Positions 51,163 through 64,000 of a stretch of DNA of 64,000 nt are shown here, in pieces. Position numbers and translations under genes: made by a program. Within the stretch, counting starts at the first letter, position 1, and the number at the start of each line of letters is the position of its first letter. The stretch spans positions 40,858,001 through 40,922,000 of the forward strand of contig OX597830.1 in the NCBI GenBank assembly GCA_951406725.2, given 5' to 3'. The DNA is from Octopus vulgaris (taxonomy: Eukaryota). The notes beneath the pieces were generated by a model, which saw only the letters and a list, made by a program, of their open reading frames with translations, did not search any database and was not told the DNA's origin.

Positions 51163-53564
51163 CCATATATATGATTTTCATCACTTTTTATATATTGTTT
51201 GTGAGTGCAATAAAACGACTTTTGGCAAACCAACAGAATGGGACACATCGTGGCGTGTTTCTAAAGACTGGGACATGTTTTTGAAGAGAGGAAGAATTTG
51301 GTGGGGATAGAAGCGAGCTGTAGAGCAAATTGTTTCAAGGGAACAGAAAAAACATTTTGAAAGTCAATAGCTTTATTGTTTGGACACGTTATGCAAATAA
51401 ATAAATTCCACTGAGAGTACATACTTTAATATATATAGCGACACACAATGTCGCTCTTCGTCTGTTTATCGTGTATTGTATTTAAAGTAGCTTTATTTGT
51501 CCTTGTGTATTGAAATTTATGCTACTGATTACTCTGAGTTATTTCCTTTGCATAATATCATTTTTTTCTTTTAGTTATGCAAATCACTTTAAGTCATAAA
51601 TGTTCTTTACTCTTTTTTTATATACTTAAGTCTTATGTTTGGTTGGTGTCACTGTAGAGCAATGCTTTGCTGATGACGTCCATTGAAGCAGAAACATGTC
51701 TTCGCTGCTGTTCCTTTGCCTCCAGAAATAAAGTAATCTTTTCTTAACTGCATATTCATTCCAGAGAATTAACGATCATCTGAGCTTACTTCTTTTCATT
51801 CCGAATTGGTTGCAATTGCCGCAAGACGCTTTCTCTCACAGTGAAATAATTCCGACTGGAGAATTAATGTAAGTGGTGCAAGATAAGGGAACATCTTAGG
51901 CTTGGTGGTAGGCAATGAGTAAATGGACGCTCTACACACATTGAGAATCAGACCAGGGAAGAGGAGTACACTCGCACATAAACACATATAGATAGAAAGA
52001 GAGAGAGAGGTGTGTGTCTGTGTGAACTCACCTGATATAAAAATCAACACGGAGAATGTTTTCAATTTTTCTATACTTTTTTGAATATTTTACTTCATTT
52101 TATTTTAAAGTAATAAATATATTTTTCTTCGGGGAAATTATTATTGATTTAATTCTTTTGTGTCAGCATTAAGAAAACTGAATAATTATCGTATGTATGC
52201 CATGTTTCCTTATAGCACCCATGATGGCATAGGTACCCATCATATGACGGGTAACACTCAGTTACAGAGAGAGAGAGGGGGAGAGAGAGGGGAGATAGAG
52301 AAGTGGTAGAAAACAACTGGTCGAGTAGTCACACAGAAGAATCGAACTCAAAATCACATGGATGCATAATCAATCGACTTAACCATACACCCATTCATAC
52401 ATGACATATGGATAATTTAAATTAATTTCTGTATATTCACTAAATATACATTTAGTCTTACGTGTCTAAATTTATTTAAAACATTCAATTCACCAATACG
52501 AGAGCATATATATATATATATATATATATATAATTGTATATATATATATATATATAATTGTGTTATATATATATATATATATAATTATGTTATATATATA
52601 TATATATATAATTGTGTTATATATATATATATATAACACAATTATATATATATATATATATAATTGCGTTTTAATTGTAGACAAGTCATATATTGTCACT
52701 ACCATATTCTGCACACGGCTTGTATTAGTGGGACATTCTCTTTCTACAGCTGTCTCCTGGAGATCGCAACCGATTCCGTCGCCTTCCAACGGTATCACCT
52801 TTTCCAGCGGTGCCGAAATAGCACCGATACAACTTAGTAACGTCCGGGTTCTCTTTTGGCCCACATCTTACCCTTTTGTTTTTTCCTCCCTTTCATATAC
52901 GCAGCTACCACATCAAACAAGAGGCAGCTGCAATCATGCTGACGATGCAACGAATTATATACATACTTGTACGTATATATATTCACACACACACGCACAC
53001 GATATTGTTTGTCTATGATTGTACTGTTCTATAACAAGGGTGAAACTATATTCAAAAGTCAAGCACCCAAAAGCCTTTCCCTACCAAGTCACATCCACGC
53101 CCACGTAACAAAATAAGATTCTACATTATGGGATAAGCATGTGCTACACGCATGCGTACTGTAGACATAGCCATTTTTTGACGAGCAGTGCGTGAATTTC
53201 GTTGAAAAATATTTTCATAAATTTGATTCAGTTGGGGCAGAAAAGTTTTATTTTTACTTCACTAAATAGGAAAAACATTCAGCTATGACGATTTTTCGTG
53301 GATGGTGTTGTTAGATATAGGGAAAGCTTTGAAAAAATAGCTTCAGGAGTGTAGTATTTGCTGCCTTAATGCTCTAACTGAAGGCTTAAGTAGTTATGTA
53401 TGTCAGTGAATATTTCTCTTCTGTGACTATGTACGATTTGAGTGTGTGTCTGTGTAAGTGAATGTCTCTTCTGTGACTGCTGTCTGCAATTTTTCTGTGT
53501 ATTTATATGTAAAAAGTGTGCGTAGATGTTAACGGATGCGTATGTCTGTATATTTTAGTGATGC

Positions 53565-53610
<46 letters not shown>

Positions 53611-54139
53611 AATGAGTATTATTTTGACATAAGTGGGCGTATATAGATATTTGCAAGTGTGAGTTTTCTCTAATTTCGTTTAATTGTTCGTTTGGGCTCG
53701 GGTTAACTCTTAAGCGTGCTTATGATCACAAACGTTTTATCTACAACCATTTTCTCCTTTTTAATATCTAGGACCACATTATCTGATGTTTTCTTTCCAA
53801 CTTTTAAGGCTGTGGTGTGTGATATGAGGGAGATTTGGCAACAATTTCGAGTAAATTGAAAAACATCGTAGTTTCCCGCGTTCGTTCATTATAATTTATG
53901 TTATGGTATGTGTGTGTGTGTGTGGAAAGTCTATATACATATTCTTCTTTAAAAAAAAAATGCTCTCCATCTATAATGTGATGTGATATCCAAAATAACG
54001 AACTGGCTTCATACGAATTAGTTACACTCACTCACCATCTTCCAGCATAATAAAGAAATAAAAAAAATGAAAAATGGCCACAGCATGCAGATAGCTTTTT
54101 TTTTAAACGATTACAGCAACCTGATGAAATAATCGCAAA

Positions 54140-54560
54140 AATATTCAGCACGCTCCTTCGTGTATGGTGTTTGAGTGTGGTTGACAGACACGCGAGAGTA
54201 AAGCGGACAGCGGCCGTGAGTGTAGTTGAATGTATTTGAGCGTGCGAGTGCATGTATGTATGTGATTGAGGGTCGGAGTCAGTGCGTGTATGTGTACGTG
54301 TGTGCGTACGTGCTTCTATGTGAGAGAAGGAATTGTCGGTGTATAAATATGTATCTATGTGCGTGCATCTACGTATGAGCGAGAGAATCTGTGTGTACGT
54401 ATGTATGTATGTGAATGAGCGCATCTATGTATGCGCGCGCGTGTGTGTGTGTGTATGTGAAAGAGAGGATGAGTGAGCGAGTAAGTATGTGTTTTCGTAA
54501 CTCTCCCGTAAAGGAGCCCCTATGACGCCCAAATGCGAGCGGTAACGTGGAGGTAGGAGC
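54140..54560. promoter_or_regulatory. CpG-rich putative promoter / 5' UTR region
   Basis: Dense CpG (cgcgag, gcggccg, gcgcgcgcg), free of SINEs, lying between two divergent perfect GTGAGT donors; short upstream ORF ATGACGCCCAAATGCGAGCGGTAA. Confidence 0.5.
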
Positions 54561-54789
54561 ATGGAGCCAACGGCAGCAACAACAACAACAGTAGCAACAA
54601 TACTATCAACGATATTATCACCACTATCATCATTATCATTAGCAATAACATCAACATTAACTAAAGCTGGTGGAGTAGCAGGAAAAAACGACGAAGAAAC
54701 AGTTGATGGTCTTGTAATCGTCGCTGCTGGTAGTGGTGATAGTAGCAACAGTAAGAGAGGCGAGCGCAACACCACTGTTATTTGGACAG
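54561..54789 (+). CDS. Putative first coding exon of an unidentified gene (Thr/Ser-rich N-terminus, phase-1 donor)
   Basis: Kozak-like AGCATGG; 76 open codons MEPTAATTTTVATILST..GERNTTVIWT, then CAG|GTGAGT consensus donor at 54790; higher GC than its flanks. No family recognised. Confidence 0.6.
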
Positions 54790-55374
54790 GTGAGTGCGTG
54801 TGCCGACGATGTGTGTGTCTGCGAACGAATATAGAATGAGTTGAAAGAAACCAAATAATAATCGTAACTTGACCCCATAAATCTGAGATATAAAAAAAGA
54901 TTCCCCAATCCCATCTTTTTTTTTCTTCTTTTTTACTCTTCTCGCATTTGAAACTTAGTTTAAACAGCCATTCTCGCCTCGCACGCTATTGACCTAATAA
55001 TATGATGCTAACACATTAATAACAAATTACACTACGCACGTACGATATCTATGGATACGTACGCAAACACATGTATATAGACATATACATGCATGTGTGT
55101 GTGTGTACATGTGTTATATATATAAGCATGCATGTGCGTGCGCGCGCGTGTAATCTGATTGCGCCATCAATAATATTATATCTATATAATTTTACTGAAA
55201 AATTAGAAGCTACCGAAAAAGGCCTCTGAAGCTGAAAATATTCTTTCTAGTCTATTTATTGACCAATTTTCGATTTGTTTCTTGTTTTTGGTCGAATTAC
55301 TCTGCAGCTTTTAAATCGATATTCACTTATTTTCGATTGTATTATCTTTTCACTTACTCCAAGTAACCTTTCAT

Positions 55375-55382
55375 ACACATAC

Positions 55383-55462
<80 letters not shown>

Positions 55463-55583
55463 GTATATATATAATAGTATATATATATATATATATATAT
55501 AAACATTTTATTATAAATATATACATACATATATATATATATATATAATATATATATATATATAAACATTTTATTATAAATAT

Positions 55584-55625
<42 letters not shown>

Positions 55626-55722
55626 GTATATATATATATATAAACATTTTATTATAAATATATACATATATATATATAATAGTATATATATATATATAAT
55701 ATATAAACATTTTATTATATAT

Positions 55723-55806
<84 letters not shown>

Positions 55807-55882
55807 ACGTGCAGAAGAAACCAGAGAAATATTTTAATAAGCTTGTCATCTCAAAATCAGATATTATTTTATATATATATAC

Positions 55883-55929
<47 letters not shown>

Positions 55930-56000
55930 GCAGAAGAAACCAGAGAAATATTTTATAAGCTTGTCATCTCAAAATCAGATATTATTTTATATATATATAC

Positions 56001-56048
<48 letters not shown>

Positions 56049-56052
56049 GTAC
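55375..56052. repeat. (TA)n higher-order array plus 2 x ~120-bp tandem duplication (55810-56052)
   Basis: taaacattttattataaatatatacat repeated 4 times; gcagaagaaaccagagaaatatttt..caaaatcagatattatttt twice. Confidence 0.92.
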
Positions 56053-56242
56053 TGCAGAAGAAGACGTATCCTATTCGTAAACGTCCGTCTATCAATATAC
56101 ACACACAGACGTCAATAATTTACTTAGTATATTGGGTTTGGCTAATTTGGGACCTTCGCTGATTATTGACAGTGTTGACAAACTTGGTGATCAGAGCATG
56201 TGTCCCGCTTATGGTCGTGATTTGCTTGCCTACTACTACTAC

Positions 56243-56312
<70 letters not shown>

Positions 56313-56427
56313 GATGTTACGTTTCCCAGCCACGTAACAAGTAACAATTCTATTAACTAGTTTGCTACATACAACATTCTCACGAGTTGTTTTTCCAATT
56401 AACATTAGATATAAATACAAACATCGG

Positions 56428-56464
<37 letters not shown>

Positions 56465-58267
56465 GTAATTAAAAGGGCAGACAATATAATATGTATATCG
56501 TGGCTAGAATATTAAAAGAAATTTCAAAAGAACAGTAAAAAAAAATTTTTTAAATAAGGAAAAACAGCCGTTTTTCTTCAGAGCTGGCCACGCAGCATAG
56601 TCTACAGATTTTGAAAGATTAGTTATTCCTGCCTGATATAGTTGTAATTATAGTCTTGACAGCTGATGCATATACAGATTACGTGTGTAGTATTTCTCTC
56701 AGACAAGTGCAATTCTTCATCAACAACATTAAACTGGTATGTTCAATCAGTAATCAACGGCCAAGAACTATAACATCAACAATTAACCAAAGCTTAAGTT
56801 AGTAAAAGAGAGAGAGAGAGAGAAAGGAAGAAAGAGTAATTGATTGAGTGAAAGAGAGAGAGAGAGAGAAGGGGTGAGAGAGAGAGGCGACAGTGGAGAA
56901 TTTAGTGTTGATATTATTTACATATTTTCACTTTACATAACAACACAGGATCGTTATCGGATCTTAATTATTTTACACGCAGCTTTCACTCCAGTGATTT
57001 TTTTTGCTCGTTAGATTAAACTGAAAAAAAAAAAAAAAAAAGCGCGCGCGTGTCTAAAAGCGTATGTATATATTTTAAATTTATATTCCTATCTTTGTGT
57101 GTCTTTTATTATTTTTTTTTTATGTGTGTACATATCACTATATGTAACAATATACACATACACATGTAATATATATATAAACATGTACCATAATATGTAT
57201 TGTTATTGCAGCAAAGGGAATCTTTCCTCCATCGACCGTATATGACCTACTGGACTTACTGATAAACACTTCACTCTAGATATATTTACGGGTCCCTTTA
57301 TTTATAGATGTATACATATATATACACTGATTTTCTAAGGATGCAGACTTGCTAATAAAAATATAAATTAGAATGGTGCGTGTAGCTTTTTCTTCTCTTT
57401 CCTTTATCATGAGTGTGTGTGTGTGTGCGCGCATCTTCATGATATATTTATAATATATATACATATATATATAAATATATACGTACGTACATGAGGGATA
57501 ATAGATGTATGTATGTAGCTACGTCTTTCTCAATTAACACGTACATCATGTACGTACTTGTACAAGTATGTGTGAGTGTGTGTGTGTGTGTGTTTGTATA
57601 CAAATTCTAAGGTAGTCATTGGTGTCAGTTGTAGCAGTGTTTGTGTTGTGGATGGCTCATCGGCCGTACCTGGACCTGACACAGGAATGTGTGTATGTTG
57701 TGTAATGGGAGCTTGTTAGAAGACGACACGCGTAAGATGCAATTTTAAGCCTCCTATGCTTTACTTTTTGCTCGCACATTTATACAATCCGGATCTGGTG
57801 TTCTCTGATTTAAAAAAAAATTCTTGTCTCATTAACCGTTCACTTTTCTTACTACCCTCTAATACTTCGCTTCACTTGTTTGATGTTTAAAAAATATACA
57901 TATAGACATTTATATATATTTATATATATTATTTCTAACCTGCATTCGATTCGTATTTGTCTGTTTACCGACTTTTATCTACCAGACAGTCAGTGATAAT
58001 ATGTAGATAGATAGATATGACATTTGGAAGTTGTTATGCTGTCTCTATCTGTCTATGTTTTGAGGTGATTAAGATACTCGCTTCTCAAGTGGATATAGAT
58101 TCTCTACCCGACAGTGTTTTTTAAAGGATGCTTGATTTGGAGGTAAACATTACATCAATTACAAACGCCAATATGTATATGTACACGCGCACCTGCACAC
58201 ACGCACAACACACATTCTTGTACAGGATATTTCTAAAACGGGGTGAAGGGTTTCGTACCGACTTTAT

Positions 58268-58303
<36 letters not shown>

Positions 58304-58887
58304 ATATATATGAGGATCTTTATTGAATCTGTTTTTGTGTGTTTGTAACTGTGGTTCTGTTGTAACTTTGAGTGTGAATGCATGTAATTGTGTGTAAGAG
58401 AGACAGACAGAGGGTGCGAGAGAGAAGGAACCTTCCACTTCCGACCGACGCAAAACGTTTTCGTGCTGTTTATCCTCTCTCGTCGTCGTCGTCAGCAGCT
58501 CGGGTGGGTTTCATTTCTGAACCGTTTATCGAACTTATTCGTCGACAGCCGTCCAGCACTTCCTGTCCCGAATATAGCTTTTGTTTCTTGACTATAATAT
58601 CGATGATGAAAAATACATTTTGCACCTCCATACAGATCGAAATAACACGTTCCTCAAACACATCCATATGATTGCTCGTTCAGCTTGGCTGGTTTATGGA
58701 AGAGGTATATATATATATATATACATACATATATGTTTGTGGATTTTTAGATTATTCGAGTGGTAGAGTGAAAAAAACCTCTCCAGTTTAAAATTTTCTG
58801 CAAGCCGATATCTGTGTAAGCGCTTCATGTGGTATACACTAGGGTTATGTACCCGAACACACACTATACATAAATATGTATAAGGAT

Positions 58888-59075
58888 CAATGCTGGATTT
58901 AAGCATAAGCTAAACAAGTTACAACTTAGGGGTCTCAAAATAATTAGAAGACATATATGTTAAGCCAATTTTATGAGATGTTCTGATGTAATATATTTTT
59001 TTTTTTACAATGGGGGTGGAGGCCTTCGGGTTTTATTGTAACTTAGGCTTCACCATGTCTAAATCCTCCGCCGCT
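58888..59075. mobile_element. Decayed MITE
   Basis: caatgctggattta..gttacaacttagg / ttgtaacttagg..taaatcc..gctg terminal motifs. Confidence 0.45.
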
Positions 59076-59771
59076 GACGAGCATATTTATTAACTCTTCC
59101 AAAACAAATTAAGGTTATTGCAAATATATTCTGCTAACTTGTGACCTCCCCCCCTCCAGCTCCGAATATATATATAGCAACTGGTGTTATTTCCTTCCTC
59201 GGTGCTTTCTCGTCATTACAGCTGCTGGGACACGGCCACCGTCCATTGAAGAAGAACACATTTGCTTGACTATTAATTTTGTCTACAAACTCTAATTTGA
59301 ATCTATTACTACTTATAGCTCTCTAACTAACTCTCCAACTGTATTTGCATATGTGAATGCTAATTATTACATACACACGTCTTCTCTATTCAAATATTTA
59401 ATCCATTTTACTACTCAATAAATTCCACGCGCTATAAAGATTGACACACACACACACACACACACATTCACATATATTTATTGATGTTTGTTTATAAAAG
59501 CTTTCATACACCAGTCTCTCTAACCTCAACTGTTCTATATCTCATTTTTATAAAAAAAAAATTCTCCATCTTACCGTCTCATGGTTGTGTCTATAAGTGT
59601 ATATACATACACCCATAACAACTAAAACACACACATATATATATATATATAAAGAATACTGCCTATCTTAGTCTATGTTAGGTATCTCTATACATGCCTG
59701 TTTATATCCATGAAAGTTGGAGCAGATGAGTGTGTGCGCCCGTAACCTCAATTTAGCTGTTATACATACAT

Positions 59772-59805
<34 letters not shown>

Positions 59806-60665
59806 CGCGCACATGTGTGTGTGTGTGTGTTCTGTGGTCGTTTATCTGTTGTGGGGAAAGTTGAAGCGAATTCCCTTATCCTTATCGACGTTTATTATGT
59901 AGACGAAGGTTAATTGGTGATGATGGTGGAGGAGGAATTGGCTTGGGGGCGGAGAAGGAATAGCCATTTATTCACATCGTTGCTCTGTTCCTTTTCATCC
60001 ATCCATCCACACACACACACACACACACACATACATATTGCTTTTTAGCTTCTGTCAGATATCAATATTTTGATTACACTTCTTTGGTCATTTTTCTTTT
60101 GCTTCTTCGTCTGTAGTAATAATTAAAACATTTTCTATGAATTAATTTCACTGTCTTTTTCTATAAGCTAAAATAAAAATGAAGTAAAAAATTATTACAT
60201 ATTGTTTATCTACTGTTAAGTGATTTGGTAATAATTTTTGTAAATATCTATCTTTCCATCAGCGGAACTAAGCGCAGTGACGATTTTACAGAATTATTAC
60301 TTTATTATTTTCCATTAATTAAACAATGTCTTTCTCGTTTGCTGTATGTAGTATTTTAGCTTCAAGTTAATTAATTGCGCTATTTCGGCTGTCCACTTGT
60401 TAGCAATCCCAACATGTCGGACATTTCATTATGGTGTTAATAATATTATCACCATCATCACGATTATTTCAGTAGTTTTTTTTATAAATATTATTTTTAT
60501 TTTGTCTTTTAACTGCCGCTACTGCTGCTGTGCTGGAGTTGTTGAATCAGAATACTACTTAGCGGCATCACATCACTCTTCTCTAGTTAATGTCGCACTT
60601 AAATACTTACTGATGGAACAGACAGAATTTACAAAGAGCTAGCCTCTTTCTCTAATATAATATAC

Positions 60666-60708
<43 letters not shown>

Positions 60709-60877
60709 CTTGCACATAGGCAGTGCTCTGGGTGCGCGCGCGTGCGTGATTATTGTTTGTCTTATTTAAGACTTGAGTTAGATCCAGCTGTGAATGGGAC
60801 ACTTTCTGTTGCCATCCCCTCTGCTTCAGTTCTTGCCGAACACGCTGGTACATTCGTATATATACACACACACACAG

Positions 60878-60949
<72 letters not shown>

Positions 60950-61754
60950 GTGTGTGTGTATATATATATATATCTATCTGTGTGTGTATTATGTGAGAGA
61001 AAGAATAAAAAGCCTGTGTACTACTTTTCCTATGTTAAACAATTGAGTGACTTCAGTGAATCTATTTTTACTAAACATTTCGAAAATTAGTTCTCATAGT
61101 ATTATTTTTTTTTTAGGGGGGTGGAGGAGGCTACATAGGGGTGTATACACACACATATACACACATAGTAATACTGTCAAAGACGGTCTCTGGTTAGACT
61201 TATTTATACAATACTGTCATCCATCCTATTTAACCGTATTCAATTAAAGAAGAAGAAAAAAAAAAAAAAGGTTTCTGTGTGTTGGAAAATCAAGTCTGTT
61301 TTAGTGTTGGCAGTTTCTCTCATGTCACGTATTCAATAGCGACCGACCGTAAATCTCTATAATGAGTCCATCATCACCAACGGACTGGTTGTTATTTGCT
61401 GCCTTTTATTGCTGCACCGCCTTCTTATTTACTTAATGTCTTCATGTTGTTGTTTATTAGCTCCAGGTCAGCTCTGTTCAAGCAGGCCTTTGATCAAAAT
61501 CGTTCCAGCTGTGGCCTTCTTGTGGGGTTTTTTTTTTTTACTTTCTCCCCAGACTTAGTATATCTAGAATTATATTGTTCAATGTGTTCTCAATTTATAT
61601 ATATATATATATATATAATATATATTTTCAAAATGTGATTTCAGAGCAATTTGACTGCTTTTTCTAGCTGGTCCCTTCTCCACTTTTATTTATTCATGTT
61701 GTTAAATTTTTTTTTTTTTTAGCTCGAATTGTCTTGTATTATTTTACTTTCTGT

Positions 61755-61895
61755 GTTTAACCGCCGCCCAGGTAGACTTCGCCTTTTATCCTTTCGGAGG
61801 TCGATGAAAATTAAAGTAACAATTGTGTACCGGGGTCGATGTAATCGGCTTACCCCCTCCCCTCTAAATTGCTGGCCTTGTGCCAAAACAAGAAA
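61755..61895 (+). mobile_element. 5'-truncated family A SINE
   Basis: gacttcgccttttatcctttcggaggtcgat..aaattgctggccttgtgccaaa. Confidence 0.8.
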
Positions 61896-62400
61896 GTATT
61901 ATTTTACATGCCACTTCTTTGCTTACAATATTTCATACTTCCCCCTTAACAGTTCACGTTGAAGGCATTAATTAGATACATCTCGTTGGTATTATCTCTG
62001 ATAATAAAATGCATTTACTACATATAGACTTCCATTTAAAACATCTTACAGGCTTAAAACTTAGTCACACATAACACAGCTTGTTGAAAATATTCAATGT
62101 GTTACTTATTTCGTTTTTGGTTTTTAGTTAAGACTATTTTGTAAATAGGATGATCTTATTGTTTTAAACGAATTTCTATTTTAAAAGTTTCCACAAACAT
62201 TTTTCTTTCCTATATGGTATCCAGCCCTTCTTTAAAATTCTATGATGTATATACTATTAGAAAAAAATTTTTACTTTCCACATCTGCCTACAAAAATATT
62301 TTATTTGGGGTCTGTAATTTTAGCCTACATTTTCGTGTAATTATTTATTTACGTACATTTTCAGACTTGGAACAAACAAACAAACCTTAGACATTTAGCT

Positions 62401-62546
62401 CAGTTATGGGCAACCAGCGGCCCGCGGGACTTTCTGAATGATACACCTGATGAGAGATTACCTTGAATTATTCTAATAGTGTGGCCTGTTTGATGATGGG
62501 CCTTGTCTCATGCGGCCCGCTTCTAGAGAAAAGGTGTCCACACCCG
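62401..62546. mobile_element. hAT MITE
   Basis: CAG..TGGGCAACCAGCGGCCCGCGGG..GCGGCCCGC..AAAAGGTGTCCACACCCG; 8-bp TSD atttagct/atttagat. Confidence 0.8.
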
Positions 62547-63207
62547 ATTTAGATATCTATTTCTTTTTTATTTAAACTGAAGAAGTTAAATTCTAGAAAG
62601 TTTCCGAAGGGTTACCAAAATAATTCCTTAGGTTTAATTATTGGGTTTGATGAATTCAAACCTGAAGATTCATCTCTTAATTCATGCAGAGTTTTCTTTT
62701 GATGGTGTATTTCTTTTAGCAGAGTGTAACAACGAAAAAAAGAAATGTAATATGTTCCTTCAGATTTTGTTATATTCCAGTGACAGAGTTAGAACGAGCT
62801 GATTCAAAGTTTTTCCTTATTATATATAATCTTTGTTTATGAAACTAGCAATGCTTGGATAGACCTGCATCTCAGCAGATCTCCATTCGTATTGATCATG
62901 TGTCTTCTCGTCTGTTTAGGAAACGTAACTTTCTCAGATTGGACTTCGCTGCTATTTCCTTAGTTTTTTTCCCCCCCATCCTTATTTGTTTCTTTCGCGT
63001 ATACCCCACGTAGATATAAGTCAACGAAAGAAATTACTAGACATAGCAACCAAATCTCGGGATAAAGATACAATATGTCTCAAAAAATAAGGCAGAATTG
63101 TCACAGCTGGCGTGCGTTTCATTATAGATCTGATCCGTCAGGTTTGAACTGGGACTCAACCAGCTGTTCTCAAGGAGACATATCTTCCCCTCTACCATAA
63201 ATGTGTG

Positions 63208-63263
<56 letters not shown>

Positions 63264-63289
63264 CGGTAAGCTTTATGAAAATAGACAAA

Positions 63290-63480
63290 AGACGAAGGCA
63301 GGTTTACTGAAATAAACAAAAGACGAAGGCAGGTGGAATACAAACAAACAATTGTATTAGTATGGCGCTCAGGAAATATAAATGAAACAAGTCTTTAACG
63401 TTTCGAGCCTACGCTCTTCAACAGAAAGATACACAGAGAAAAAAACACAGAAAGAAGGAGAGACAAAAATATGCGTGCAA
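63290..63480 (-). mobile_element. Penelope-like terminal fragment with minimal hammerhead variant (63392-63429)
   Basis: Minus strand reads TCTTT-CTGTTGA-A-GAGC-GTAG-GCTC-GAAA-CGT-T-AAAGA: stems I and II perfect, palindromic ACGT stem III, core position A6 changed to U. Confidence 0.7.
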
Positions 63481-64000
63481 AAGCTAGCGAATCAACATGT
63501 ATATATATATATATATATACACATGTATATGTATGTATATATATATGTGTATAATATATATATATATATACACACATGTATATGTATGTATATATATATG
63601 TGTATAATATATATATATATATATATACACACATGTATATGTATATATATATATGTGTATGTATGTATCTATATATGTATATATATGCATGTATGTATGT
63701 ATATATATGTATTTATATATATATATGCATACATGTCACACACACACACACACACACATAGAGTAAGCTCATAAATGGAAAAAAAATGGTACTCCAATAC
63801 CAGAAGTAGAGTAATAAGCAGTAAAGATATCACAAAAACAGTATTTGTGATAATTTTGGTGCTTTTTACTGAAGTAATGTATCTATGTATGTATATATAT
63901 ATACATATATGTGTGTGTGTGTGTGTACAACCACATCTGAATCGTTGGCGATTTTTTTTCCTCTGTCTTCCTATTAAATTGAACTTTCCTCTGTCACCTG

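Overview
AT-rich, extremely repeat-dense animal genomic DNA; it is not prokaryotic, and there are no operons, CRISPR arrays, rRNA or intact tRNA genes. The tRNA-derived SINE families and the (TA)n/(CA)n/(GA)n/(AAT)n load look like an Octopus (coleoid cephalopod) genome, which is my inference from recognition and not a database result. Almost all supplied ORFs are microsatellite or SINE artefacts. The window holds dozens of modular SINE copies (labelled A-D here), three non-autonomous Helitrons, hAT/mariner/piggyBac-like/Merlin-like MITEs (several nested, with target-site duplications, TSDs), decayed R4-clade LINE, mariner and Gypsy coding relics, and a 38-bp minisatellite. One credible first coding exon (54561-54789, +) lies in a CpG-rich, possibly bidirectional promoter region. 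The most striking unexplained signals are: (i) five type-I hammerhead-ribozyme-like motifs from different sequence families, two nearly intact (11080-11126 and 27209-27256, both minus), one of them inside an inverted duplication whose second arm starts at the predicted cleavage site; (ii) a shift from CpG-depleted to CpG-retaining DNA near 35 kb; (iii) several candidate alternative phase-1 first exons. Repeat boundaries were read by eye and are approximate unless a TSD is quoted.
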